From positions 1-64,000 of the forward strand of contig MU056116.1 in the NCBI GenBank assembly GCA_013239625.1: a stretch of 64,000 bases of DNA, in the 5' to 3' direction. The notes beneath the pieces are model-generated. The model worked only from the letters and a program-made list of their open reading frames with translations. It was not told the DNA's origin and did no database searches. This stretch comes from Lama guanicoe (lineage: Eukaryota). The translations under genes and the position numbers were made by a program. This document shows positions 11,421 through 23,838 of the stretch, piece after piece. Every line of letters starts with the position of its first letter. Position 1 is the stretch's first letter.

Positions 11421-12414
11421 GCGCGTTGGCTGTGCTGGTCAGGTCTGTTTCACAGGGCCAGCTGCCTCTAAGGTGTCAGGGAGGCCAGGAAACAGAGTCT
11501 GGGGTGCTAATGGCCGGGGTGGCTACAGAATTTTCAGGATCTTGTGCCTCTTGGTCACAAAGCAAGGGAAAAGCTTTTCCTTTCTTCTGTGGTCTCTCTC
11601 TCTCTCTCTATCCACCGTGGTGTTTTTTCCTTAAATTTAGTATTTAATGTCAGAGATGGGGATGCTCAGAAAGTAAGTGCAGACACTCCCTGGTGCCTGG
11701 TCCCTGCCCCCCGGCTACCCTTCCACACCTGTGCCCAGGTCCCCAGGTGTGGTTGCTGGGATGCGGGGAGAAGGTGGCTGAGAACCTTTTGGTTGGTGGG
11801 GAGTAGGGGAGGGAGATGAGCCGTGCATTCTCTGCTGTCCCATGGGACTTGTTTGTGTGATCTCATGTCCATGAAGCCAGCCCTGCTTACAGCCTCTAGA
11901 GTCGAAGCTGACAGGGGAGAAGGGGGTGGGAATGGATGTCAAGTGGGCAGACCCATGGTCACTGCCACTGCGTCGCATGTGAAAGGCACTCCGTCTCTTG
12001 GCATTTGACCAGCACAGCAAACTCCTGAGTTAGTGACTAGTGATAACTCAGAGCTGAACGACCAAGGGCTACGTCGGCAGAGAAAGCGTTAGCGATTCCT
12101 TAACACTGTTCTGGCATTTTCAGCCTCACTCGTGTTGTCTGGAATGACCTGAGGGCTGGGTGGAAGGGCAGTTTTTGCCTAGACCACGTAACAGGAAATG
12201 TGAAAACCAGCGGTAGGCCCGCCTAGTCTATGTCATGTTTGGAAGTCTTCTGCCCCATCAAAAACATACTACTGCCAATCTAAAAGATACTTAAAGGAAA
12301 TAGTGATGTACGCTATCAAGTCTTTTTGAAATCCCGGATATCACTTGAGCTTTCTAATTCAGTCCACACCAAGTCTTCACTCCTGTGATCCTGGGGTTTT
12401 TTGTTTTCCTTTTT

Positions 12415-12492
12415 GCTTTTCCTACCGCTGTATCCCCAGTACCTGGAACAGAGCCTGGAACAGAGTGTTGACAAATATTTGTTGAATGACTG
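12415..12492 (+). mobile_element. L2 3' terminus
   Basis: gctgtatccccagtacctggaacagagcctgg...aaatatttgttgaatgactg. Confidence 0.75.
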
Positions 12493-12737
12493 CATATATT
12501 TGCTCAGAATTATTACTCAGGTTTTATAAGGTAACATATTCCTTATAAGTAAAATCAAAATAGAAAAGCTGACACCTCATTGGCCAGTTCACCCAAAATT
12601 CTTAGACGCATTTTTCTTTCCCCTGCTGTTTTGTAATAAATGAATATAATTTATTGTTCAAGTTGTTTAAACATGGAATTTATTAGGAATTCTTATTTAT
12701 TTCAACCCTGAGTTAGGTTGAAAAAAGTACTTTAAAT

Positions 12738-13122
12738 TTTTAAAAAATTTTTATTGAAGTATAATTGACTTACAATGTTGTTAGTTTCTGGTGTACAGCA
12801 AAGTGATTCAGTCATACATATACATATATATATATATATATGTATTTTCAGATTCTTTTCTATTATAGGTTATTGCAAGATATTGAATATAGTTCCCTGA
12901 GCTAAACAGTAGGCCCTTGCTGTTTATCTATTTTATATATAGTATTGTGTACAGGTTAATCCCAAGCTCCTAATTGCTCCCTCCCCGCCACCCCTGTCCC
13001 CTTTGGTAACCATAGTTTGTTTTTTTATGTCTGTGAGTCTATTTCTGGTTTGTAAATAAGTTCATTTGTATCATTTTTAATATTCCACATAGAAGTGATA
13101 TCATATGATATTTGTCTTTATC
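12738..13122 (-). mobile_element. L1 3' end (artiodactyl-type)
   Basis: tttttattgaagtataattgacttacaatgttg...cctttggtaaccatag...ttccacatagaagtgatatcatatgatatttg. Confidence 0.92.
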
Positions 13123-14244
13123 TTGAAAAATCACTTTTAACAGGGAAATTATGAGCAGAGCTCAAGCTAGGCACCTTAGGCGCCTGGTCTGAAGGCCCTG
13201 GTTTGGATTGAGGCTGAGGGCCAGAGGTCAGCACTGGAGTCTGTCACCCAAGTCCCTCTACTCCAGGCCCAAGCAGTCCTCTGGGAGGGGGGCTAGCAGG
13301 TAGCACGGAGGAGCCCCGGCCACCCGCCCTCCCAGCATGTGGTCAGAGAGCAGCACAAGTAAGAGAATGAGCTCTGCTGTTGAGCCTGGAGACCTGTGTG
13401 TAAGGCAGAAGCCAAAGAAGGTCCCTGTAACCAGGGCGCCCAGCGTGCACAAGCTTGGGGCACAAAGGCCCCCTTGTAGTGAAGCCCCCGATACCACGCT
13501 AAGGCTCTGCTGTCCCCGGTGTGGCTAATAAAGGGGCCTTTCATGCTCCTGGTGCAGGTCAGGTCTAGTGCTTTTCTGGACCTGCGTCCATGGAACAGAG
13601 TCTGAGTCGCCCCCGACTCCAGGCCAGGACACCAGTTACTCCAGACAGGCCCTCTGCCTCTCTGTGGCCCATTGAATATGGCGCACCTGAAGATGAGTGA
13701 GCCTGGAGTGGAGCCCTCACACCTGGGACAGAGAGACACCCATGGTTATACAGGGTGGGGGGAGATGGCTCCGTCAGGCGCTCTCTGGTGAAGGCTATGC
13801 TGATGGGGGAAAGTGGGACTCAAGAGACTGAGAAGGGTCCTGAAGGAAGATGGCTCTGACACCTAAAGATAAATCTCTTGCCCTTCCCACGTTGGCTGGC
13901 TAGGAAGGAAGCACGTGCCCACAACCCCACGGGAAGGAAGGTCTGCCACGGCCCCTCAGCTCTTCCTGGAGCCCCCTTGTTATGTTCAACGAAGGCAAAG
14001 TCCAGGAGTCCTTCTTCCAAAATGAGGGATGCCCGCAGAGCCATCATCTGGGCTGCGGCCGCTCCTCCAGCCGCTGCCGTGAGGGGCCCCTGTGGATTTC
14101 CACGGCTTGTGCGGAAGCTGCTAAACCAAGTGGGTGGGAAAATTTCTCTTCTCTCAGCACTATATGCACATAAGATTGAATCAAGCCTTAAATGTTCTGG
14201 CCCCTAAATATTAAAACTGATCTTTCTCTCTTTCTCAGATCCTT

Positions 14245-14708
14245 GTGTGAGATGTGTTCGGCCAAGAGGCAAATGCCCAGGTGGGATTTGATGTGAAAAG
14301 GATTCATTGTGGGGAAACACCTATGAAGGATAAAGGGAAGGACCAGGAGGAGGGAGGGAGAGCTTCTAGACCATTATGAAGACCTGACCCTCATGGAAGG
14401 AGAGAAGGGAGCAAGGAGGCTAGGGTGGGGAGAGTCTCAGACAGCAGTGTCATTCCAAGAATGGTTTGGCCAGGCTGATGGGGAGTCCTTGAGCCAAAAG
14501 TCACCTGTTGTAAGAATTTAATATCTGCCAGGAGTGGGCTTGACTGAGTACCTCCCCCAGTGCTCAGGCCTTGACTGGGAGCAGCTGCAGCAAGTGTGGC
14601 CTTTGCAGTAACATGATGGTGGATCCAGAGAGGTGGCCTCTGGAGCCTTCAGTCAACTGTGCTTCCTGTGGCTGGAGATCATAGCAGCTTATTCCTATGG
14701 CTGCTGCA
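14245..14708 (-). mobile_element. Old ERVL solo LTR (LTR16/LTR33-like)
   Basis: tttggccaggctgatggggagtccttgagccaaa and ggtggatccagagagg...cagtcaact motifs recalled from LTR16-type consensus. Confidence 0.7.
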
Positions 14709-14844
14709 GCTCTCATTGCTATTTATTGCATCCTGGTCTTGGACAGAGCCATCCTAGTCCAAAGGGCAGGTTTTGAGAACCTTAAACCTTACAGGTTCTT
14801 TGTAAATAGGTACAGGTTTGGTGGGTGTGATTCAGATGACCCAG

Positions 14845-15335
14845 GATGAGTGTGGGCCAGACCTGGTGACTTAACATATAACCAACAGAATGTGGCTAAA
14901 ATGATGGGATGTCACTTTTTTGATTAGGTTACAAGAGATTGTAACTTTTGCCTTGCTAACAGACTTGCTCTGTCACACTGTCCCTTCCTGGCTTTGTGAA
15001 GATCCAGAGAAGAGACCTATGTGGCAAGGATCTCTGGGCTACCTCTGTCCAACAGTCAGCAAAATACTGAGATCCTCAGTCCAGCAACCTGCAAGGGACT
15101 GATTTCTGCTGACAACCATGTGAGCATGGAAGGGGATCCTTCCCCAGTCAAGCCTTCAGATGAGACCCCAGCCCTGGCTGACACCTTGATTGCAGCCTAG
15201 TGAGACCCTGAACAGAGGATCCAGCTAAGCTGTGCTGAGACTCCTGGCCCAGAGGTGCTCTGAGACAATAAATATATGTTGTTTTGAACTGCTAAATTTA
15301 TGATAATTTGTTAAACAGTAATGGATAACAAATAG
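14845..15335 (+). mobile_element. MaLR LTR (MLT1E/F-like)
   Basis: agccttcagatgagaccccagccctggctgacaccttgattgcagcc...gagaccctgaacagaggatccagctaagc...aataaa...ataatttgttaaacagtaatggataacaaata. Confidence 0.88.
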
Positions 15336-16449
15336 AGGGGCTTAATTTATCTTTGACCAAGAGCATCTAAATTCTGAATTCCCTGGATATTTGGGGGGAA
15401 GTTATCAGATCCCTTCCATGTTAAAAGTGTGAAGCCCGGCTTTGATTCTTACAAGCTCTTTTATTTTACAACATAGGGTTAATCATTGGCTATTCAAGTA
15501 AGTATGCAAAGCAAATACCCTTGTTATCATGCTGGAATTCTAGGAGCAAATGCAAAATTCAATCAGGAGTAAATCCTGCTAAGGCTCTGTTAATCAGTCA
15601 AGCTTGGCATGTGTTCATCTAAGGAAGAAGGCCTCCTCCACATGGCGAGTGTGCAGAGAAGCAGCAAAGGCCATGTTTGTCGCCAAAGCTGAAGAAATAA
15701 AGCCAGTGAGATGCCTGAAGACCTCCGAGCAAAAGAAAGAGGCTCACTGTGTCCAGACAATTCTTTGTCATGTTATACCTTTGCCTAGAAAATGATTCAT
15801 CTCTTTTCTGACATGTATATATTCCTCAGAAAAAGGTGGCTTCCCAAAGGTCTTTTAGATATGAAAATATTACAGTTTTCATAAAACATCCAAGATTAAA
15901 AAAAAATCTGTAACCCAATTCCTAAAAATAACTTGATTTTAACATCAGAACTGTCATCTCAAACGTTTTCATCCTTATTCGAAAAAAAAAAGGTGAGTTC
16001 AGAACACCAAATCTTGGTTCTAGAAAAAGTGTCCATGATTGAATATATATGTGGTAAAACTTGCATACAAGCGGAATAATGAGAGTTGTATAATATGCTG
16101 GCAACCCCTAGTAGAACTGTCTACAAAAAACTGTTGTAGTGAGTTTTGAGGTCAAGTAATCTCAGTCCTCCAACTTTGTTCTTTGTCAGTATTGTTTTGG
16201 TTGTTCTGGGTCTTCTGTCTGAATTTCGATATGAACCTTAGAATCAGCTTGTTGATATCCACAAAATATGCTGCTCCTCATCAAAATTTCACCCATCTGT
16301 TGTTGATTCTTGTTGGATCCAATCTTTACCAAGACAACTGCAAAATGATGACTTTTCAATCCAGCCTTCCTTCCACAGCTAACAGCTGGGGCTCAGCGTT
16401 TTCCTGTGAGCAAGGGACCTCCCATCTTGAATAATCTCTTTCTCTCTGT

Positions 16450-17029
16450 CTTTGTTTGTAGTTGATTTGCAATATTATATTGGTATATTAGGTGTACAAT
16501 ACAGTGATTCAAAATTTGTATAATTTATACTGCATTTAAAGTTATGAAATATTTGATACACAATATATCCTGTGCTGTACCACACAGCCTTGTAGCTTAT
16601 TTATTTTATATATAGTAGTTTGTATCTCTCAGTCTCCTACTCTTATCTTGTCCCTCCCCACCTCCTTCTCCCCATTGGTAACCACTAGTTTGTTCTCTAT
16701 AGCTATGAGTCTATTTCCATTTTGTTATATTTATTCATGTATTTTATTTTTTTATTGCACATGTAAGTGACATCATACAGCATTTGTCCTTCTCTGACTT
16801 ATTTCACTNNNNNNNNNNNNNNNNNNNNNNNNNNNNNNNNNNNNNNNNNNNNNNNNNNNNNNNNNNNNNNNNNNNNNNNNNNNNNNNNNNNNNNNNNNNN
16901 NNNNNNNNNNNNNNNNNNNNNNNNNNNNNNNNNNNNNNNNNNNNNNNNNNNNNNNNNNNNNNNNNNNNNNNNNNNNNNNNNNNNNCACTGGAGTGTATGC
17001 AACTTTTCAAATTAATGTTTTTGTTTTCT
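16450..17029 (-). mobile_element. L1 3' end (gap 16809-16985)
   Basis: cccattggtaaccactagtttgttctctat...gacttatttcact. Confidence 0.85.
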
Positions 17030-17165
17030 NNNNNNNNNNNNNNNNNNNNNNNNNNNNNNNNNNNNNNNNNNNNNNNNNNNNNNNNNNNNNNNNNNNNNNN
17101 NNNNNNNNNNNNNNNNNNNNNNNNNNNNNNNNNNNNNNNNNNNNNNNNNNNNNNNNNNNNNNNNN

Positions 17166-18790
17166 TAGTAAGTGTTGAAATCAGGAAATGTTATTCCTCT
17201 AACTTTGTTCTTTTTCAAAATTGTTTTGGATATTCTAGGTCCTTTTCACTTCTATTTGAATTTTAGAGTAGCTTGACAATTTCCACTAAAAATCCTTCTG
17301 AGATTTTGATTGACATTACGGTGAACCTACAGAATAACTGAAGGAAAGTTGCCATCTTAACAACATCAAATCTTCTTTCCCATAAATGAGTTGTAGTTCT
17401 TCATTTAGTTAGCTTTTCTTTAACTCTTCTTAGTAATGTTTGTAATTTAGTGTATACAGGCCTTGTACATATTTTAACTAACTTATTATGAAGTATTTCA
17501 TACTTGTGATATTATTGTAAAGAGTAATTTGAAACTTAAATTTCAGATTATTTTCTTCTAGTAAATAGACACACAATAAATACTTTTTTGTATATTGACC
17601 TTGTCTCCTGAGACTTTGCTGAGTTGCTTATTAGTTTCTCAGTTTTGCTAAACCACTGATTAGCTGCTTTTTCTATAGATTCCCTTGATCGTGTCATAGT
17701 GGGATAAAGACAATGCCAATTCTCCCTTTTCAATCTAGATGACTTTCATTTCTTTTTATTGTCTATTACACTGGTTGGAACCTCCAGAAATAGGAGTGGT
17801 GAGAGTAGACATCCCTGTATTTTTCCTGATCTTGGAAGGAAAACACTCAGTTTTGCCGTTTAGTGTTACTTTAGCTGTGGCTTTTTATAGATGCTCTTTA
17901 TCAGATCAAGAAAGTTCCTTTCTAGTCCTGGTTTGCTGAAAGCTGGACTTTTCACTGTCTATTGAAATGATAAAGTGTGTTTTCTTTTTCAGTCTGTTAA
18001 TATGGCAAATACATAAATTGATTTTTAAATGTTAAACCAACCTTGCTTTCCCAGGAAGTGCATTGGTCATAATGTATTATATTTTTATATACTGTTGGCT
18101 TCTGTTTCCTAACATTTTGTTTTGAATTTTTGCATTTATGTTATGAGGGATACTGGTATATAGTTATCTTGTTTTCCAATGTCTTTGATGATTTTGGCAT
18201 TAGAGTAATTCTTGCTTTATTGAATGAGTTCAAAAGTGTTCTCTCCTTTTCACTTTTCTAAAAGAGTTTGTTTAGAATTAATACTATTTCTTCCTCAAAT
18301 ATTTGGTAGAATTTGTCAGTAAAGCCACCAAACCTGGAGATTTTCTTTGTGGGAACATTTTAAACTACAAATTCAATTTCTCTAATAGATAAAGGATTAT
18401 TCATGTTGTTTCCACCTTCTTGAGTGAGTTTTGACAGCCTGTGTCTTTCAGGGAACTTGCCCATTCCAGCTAAGTGTCGATTTTATAGGCATAGAATTGG
18501 TCATAGTGATTCATTATCATGCTTTCTGTATCTGTAGAATCTGTAGTGTTGTCACCACTGTCATTACTAATATTGATAAATTGTGGCTTCTGTCTTTTTT
18601 CTTTTTCCTGAGCAATCCAGAGGTTTGCCAGTTTTATTGATATTCTCAAAGAACCAGCTTTGGTTTCATTGATTTTCTCTCTTTTTTTTCTCTCTTTTGT
18701 TTTTTTCAGTTTCTTAAGGTGGAGGCTGAGGTCACTGACGGAGAACTTTCGTCTTTTCTAATGCTGGTGTTTAGTGTGGTAAATTTCCCT
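17166..18790 (-). mobile_element. Old L1 ORF2 remnant
   Basis: cctctaactttgttctttttcaaaattgttttgg; gtagacatccctg; ggtagaatttgtcagtaaagcc; ctcaaagaaccagctt. Confidence 0.88.
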
Positions 18791-18889
18791 TAAATACTTT
18801 CCCCCCATTTTAATGTCATCCAGAAACCCCTCCTTATTAGTTCATAGAATTCTTCCTCATTCTTTATAAATTCATTTTTTCTGGACTTA

Positions 18890-20410
18890 AAAAATAAACT
18901 TTTAATTTTAGGATAGTGTAGATTTACAGAAACATTGCAATGATGATACAGAGGGTTTCCATATACCTCACACCCAGTTTCCCCATTGTTAACATTTTAC
19001 ATTAGAATGGTACATTTGTTAAAATTAATGAACCAATATTGATATGTACTTCGTTATTAACTAAGGTACATACTTTACTCAGATTTCCTTAGTTTTTACC
19101 TAAGGTCCTTTTTCTCTTCCAAGATCCCATGTAGGACACCATATAACATATACGTCTCCTTAGGGTCTCTTGACAGCTGTCTTGACACTGACCTCGACAG
19201 GCTGAGGTGCATTGGCCAGGTATTTTATGGAATGTCCCTCAGTTGGTACTTTTCTGATATTTTACTCATGATTAGACTGAGATTATGAGTGTTTGGAAGG
19301 AAACTACAGAGATAAAATGCCATTCTTTTCACATCCAGTCAAGCATACATTCCATCAGTGTGGCTTACCACTCACGATACTAACCTTGACCTCCTGCTTG
19401 AGGTGGTGCTTGTCAGGTTCCTCCACTGTGAAGTTACTCTTCCCTCCCTTTCAATACTGTGCCCTTCAGAAGGAAGTCACTGTGCACGGCCGATACTTAA
19501 GGGTTAGGGGGTTAGGTGTCCCTACTCTCCATCTTGAGAACAGAGTATATACAGAACTATTTGGGATTCCTCCCCATGGAGATTTATTTATTTATTGAAT
19601 CATTTCAGTTGTTTGTTTATTGATTTGTTTTGCACCAGTAGGGACTCATTTCATACTTGAGTCACAGTCCAGTGCTGCTATTCGTCCTTGCTGCATTGTG
19701 CCAGCTTTGGTCACTGGGAGCTCTTTCAGTCGGCTCCGGTGTTTCTCTGACATAGCCTAAACATTGTGGTTTTGTTCTGTTTGAAGCACATCATTACTTT
19801 CTGACAGTGTGAGATGTTCTCGGTTTGTTTTGCGTATTTCCCATGTCAGTGCTAGAATCAGCCATTTCTCCAAGGAGCTCTGGTTCCCCTTCGTGGAGAT
19901 GGTATCAGGAACCAAGACGTGGGAAGTAACTGTGCTCATCCTACTGGAGCCTTATTTCTAGGCTTTCTCAGCTGTCAGGGCAAGGAAATACATGCATGTG
20001 CCTCTCTCTTTTTACAGCTACATTGCATTCCATCATATGTACATGCCAGAGTTGACTGAACCAATTTCCTTGATTCAGTAGATTTCCTTGCTTGAATAAT
20101 TTGGTGGTTTCCAATATCTTACAGTTATAAGCAATGCTTCAATGAACAGCCTCATGCATTTGTATTTACATACTGTAGAAGGTAAATTTGGGTGAATTCC
20201 TAATATCTTTAGGATAAATTCCTAAGGATTGATGATCTAAGAGCAAATGTATAGGAAAAGTTTTTGGATGTTGCCAGGTTCTTCTTCATAAGGGCCATCG
20301 CACCGTTCCTATCAGCAACGTACGAGAATGTGTGCTTCCTACAATCTTGACAACAGAGTATATTGCCAAACTTGCGAATTGTTGCCAATGTGATGGGTGA
20401 GAAGTGGGTA
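18890..20410 (-). mobile_element. L1MC1-3-like 3' UTR plus ORF2 end
   Basis: tagatttacagaaacattgcaa...catatacctcacacccagtttcccc...aatgaaccaatattg; cagccatttctccaaggagctctggttcc. Confidence 0.85.
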
Positions 20411-20891
20411 CAGAGGCCACTAAATTCCATGGAAAAATTTAGGTGTTCTAAACTAAAGCTGGCGCAACGAGCTAAGACAAAGGAATGCTAAGACTAGGGA
20501 ATGAAGTAAAGAAAATGCCTCTCATGGTGTTCACTCTTCTAGAATTTTAAGAATAATGCATAAACAGGTAATCCCATCTCACATGCATACAAAGGAAAAC
20601 AATGACTTTGGACAATGACTCACAGGTCCAAAGAAAATCTGCCTCTTGGTAAATGTATTACAACCATGTGGCAACTTGTGATAGCAAGTTCCTTGTGGTT
20701 GCCTGTGACCAAAATCTAACTTCCTCTGAGATTCTTTGTTTCTGTGGCTGGCCACTGAGGTTGTGGTGGGGTCACGGCCACCCATATTTTTTGCTCTGTA
20801 ATCTCCCTGGCATGCCAGGTTACCATAGAACACCCTGTAGAATTTCGCATTCTCCGGCCAACTCATATCCTTTCCATCGCCCAGGATTTTT

Positions 20892-21116
20892 TTAACCTTT
20901 TTAAAAATTGAAGCATAGTCAGTTTACAATGTCATGTCAATTTCCAGTGTAGCGTGTCATGTTTCAGTCATACACACACACACACACGTATTCCTTTCCA
21001 TCATCTTTTTCATTATGGGTTACTGCAGGATACTGACTAGAGTTCCCTGTGCTGTACTGTAGAAACTTGATGTTGATCTGTTTAATATAGAGTAGTTAGT
21101 ATCTGCAAATCTCAAT
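20892..21116 (-). mobile_element. Short L1 3' end with 13-bp TSD
   Basis: attgaagcatagtcagtttacaatg...atctgcaaatc; gcccaggattttt at 20879-20891 and 21117-21129. Confidence 0.9.
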
Positions 21117-23269
21117 GCCCAGGATTTTTAACAGGAAGCAAAGAATTCAGAGACCTCCAGGAGGAAGTTTTCCTGATAAATATCCAATTGTACCAAAATT
21201 ATGGAAGAAGTATCACCTTAATTAGCTTTCAGGTGTCTCAGAAGAAGAAGACGCTTAATGTTCATCACTGGTATTGCTGGTCTGCTTTTTCAAATCACAC
21301 CCACAGTCTCACCCGAGGATCCCTCTGCCCCCTGCTGTGGGGGGGGGCACGCAGCAGGCATTCTTTCCCTGCCGCGTGGAAGAAGAGAGCCATCACAGAG
21401 GGAGTAAGAGTCTCTGACTCAGACCACTCACTCAGTGAGAGAGCCCTGGAAGCGCTCTGGCAGCGCTGCCCCGTCCATGCAAGGCAACTCAGAAGGCAGT
21501 GGAGCTGTTAAAAAGAAAACCAGGGGTCAGAAACAGAGTCTTGTCTTCACTGGATATCAGCCAAGCCGCACAGCCTCTTTGGGTCTTCAAAAGTTTTCAA
21601 AAGAAGATACAGATTCTAGGACGCTGTCAAATAGAGCCCCAGGCTCATATACACAGAGGAGTAGACTCATTCGCATTCTACCACGCTATTCATTCATCTA
21701 TTCATCCCTTCACTTAATACCTTTAGACTGTCAGAACTGGATTTCGAGTCAACAGCATGGCTGCGTAGACCCACGTTGGACGTTGCGGAACGGAGGGAAG
21801 GCACACTTCCATTGTGCTCGGTACCAGGAGATAAACTGCCTATAAACTTGGTACCACATCCTCCAGCTTCTACTTTAGCAGACACAGACTTAGTCAGATC
21901 ATAAGCAAAACTCCCAATAGCTTGTTTCTCAGTTCTCTGGTTTAACTCACTGGGTGCACCCAGCCCTGCAAAAAGATTTTTCTTTCCAAGCTGAGTTTTT
22001 CCATTTTCAGTGTAATATTGTTTTCTCAATCTTTCTGAAGGAAAGGCAAGATTTTATGTATACCATAAAACATTGACAGTATTTGACCATAAAAGCAGAA
22101 TGCATTATTGAAGGCCTCCGTGGTGAAGAAAAGACATCGGCTTAACTGGGAGAGGGAGGCGCTGTGTAGACTCTGGGAACCCCAGGGCTGCAGAGGCCCT
22201 CTGCTTTCCTCTAAAACCCCCTGGATGCATGAATCAGTGCTCCCTTTACTGGATCTCAATCATGAGTATTTTGGAAGTGCCACTGGGACGATCAGGTGGT
22301 CATTTAGCGGGTGTATCCATTTAGCAATTACCAAAATTCATATATGCGAGAATAAGGAGGCTGCAGCCCTTCCGGGTGGAATATTTAAGAAGGAATGTAT
22401 TGAAATAATGAAGCGCTTATGAGCCTAGGCAGAATGGATTTATTAAAAGGCGGCAATAAGACCAAATACATCAAACAGAGTAATGCGATTCTGAGAAGAT
22501 GGCAAACCTTCGTGTAAAGTCCTCCTCGTTGGTTAAGGGCAGAGGAGAAGCTCTGCTATTTACAGAACATTTTGATTTTTCTCAAAGTCTTCTGTTCATT
22601 TAAAGTAAGATGAAAACAAAGCAGGAGGATAGAGAAGAGAGGGTAAAAGTGAAGACACACTATGGTTGAAATGAAATTTTAAAGAAATTTTAGCCAGCTG
22701 GGGGGCATCATCTCTTTTCTCAGTTTATGAAAGCAGAAGAGTAGGTGAACACGAACAGTGGTGATAAATATAAAGCTGCTAAGTGAAAAATACGTTAATT
22801 ATGGAAGTATATTTAGCCAAGAGGAGAAGATAAAGCTGAAAATGTAGAAAAGTCACCTTAAAATAGTAGCTGAGAAATGGAAACGTGGAAAAGCAACATG
22901 AAGCTATCCCCGTAGCCCTTCAGTGACTTCTGAGTAGGCACGAGGCTTTGGTGTCAAGTATTTTGTAACAAGATGTTAAAATAATGCCAGTATTTTCCTC
23001 TTTAGACCAAGAATGTACATGTAGGTTTCTTACCGCAATGAAGTGTATACAGCTTCCCTCCGAGCTTCCGATGGTGCTGGACCAGGAACCTCAGCGGAGC
23101 TGATGGGGTCACTGGTCACTGAGCGCTTTGGAGGAGAGGATGCCATGGCACCCGGGCAAGGTCGTTCCTCTCGGTGAAAGCTCAAGGTGGGGCTCTGTCT
23201 GTGGGTACAGAGGAAGGCTCCAAAGGGAGGGGCTTCTGTTCCCTGAGTCACTGTGCTGGACACTTTGGC

Positions 23270-23410
23270 CACATCATGTCATTTACTCCTTCCTTGTGCC
23301 TTGAGGGGAGTGATCGCTACCTACATTAGGAAGATGTGGGATTTAGGGTTCAGGGAGATTAAAAAACTTGCCCTTGTTTATGTAAATAGAAAGTGGCACA
23401 AACCTGAATC
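23270..23410 (-). mobile_element. MIR SINE fragment
   Basis: ggttcagggagattaaaaaacttgccc...tagaaagtggca. Confidence 0.6.
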
Positions 23411-23434
23411 TGGCGCGCTGGCAGAGAAGACACC

Positions 23435-23838
23435 ACGTCTGTGTCCCTCCCCCTTCATCCGCACGAGCTCATATGTTGAAGTTCTAACCCCCAGGACCCC
23501 AGAATGTGACTGTGTTTGGAAACAGGGTCTTTCAGATGCTAATTAAGTTAAAATGAGGCTGTTAGAATGAGCCCTAGTCCAATCTGCCTGCTGTCTCTAT
23601 AAGAAGAGGAAATTTGGACACACGGAGACACCAGGGAGGCACGCACGGAGGAAAGGTCACATGAGGACACAGCCAGGAGGCGGCCCTCTCCAAACCAAGG
23701 AGAGAGGCCTCAGAAGAAACCGAACCTGCCGGCACCTTGAGCTTGGACATCCAGCCTCACAACTGGGAGAAAATAAATTTTGGTTCCATAAGTCACCCAG
23801 TGAGTGGCATCTTGTTATGGCAGCCTGAGCGAACTCAT
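23435..23838 (+). mobile_element. MaLR LTR (MLT1B-like)
   Basis: catatgttgaagttctaacccccag...cagaatgtgactgtgtttggaaacaggg...ataagaagaggaaatttggacac...ggcctcagaagaaacc...gttatggcagcc. Confidence 0.92.
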
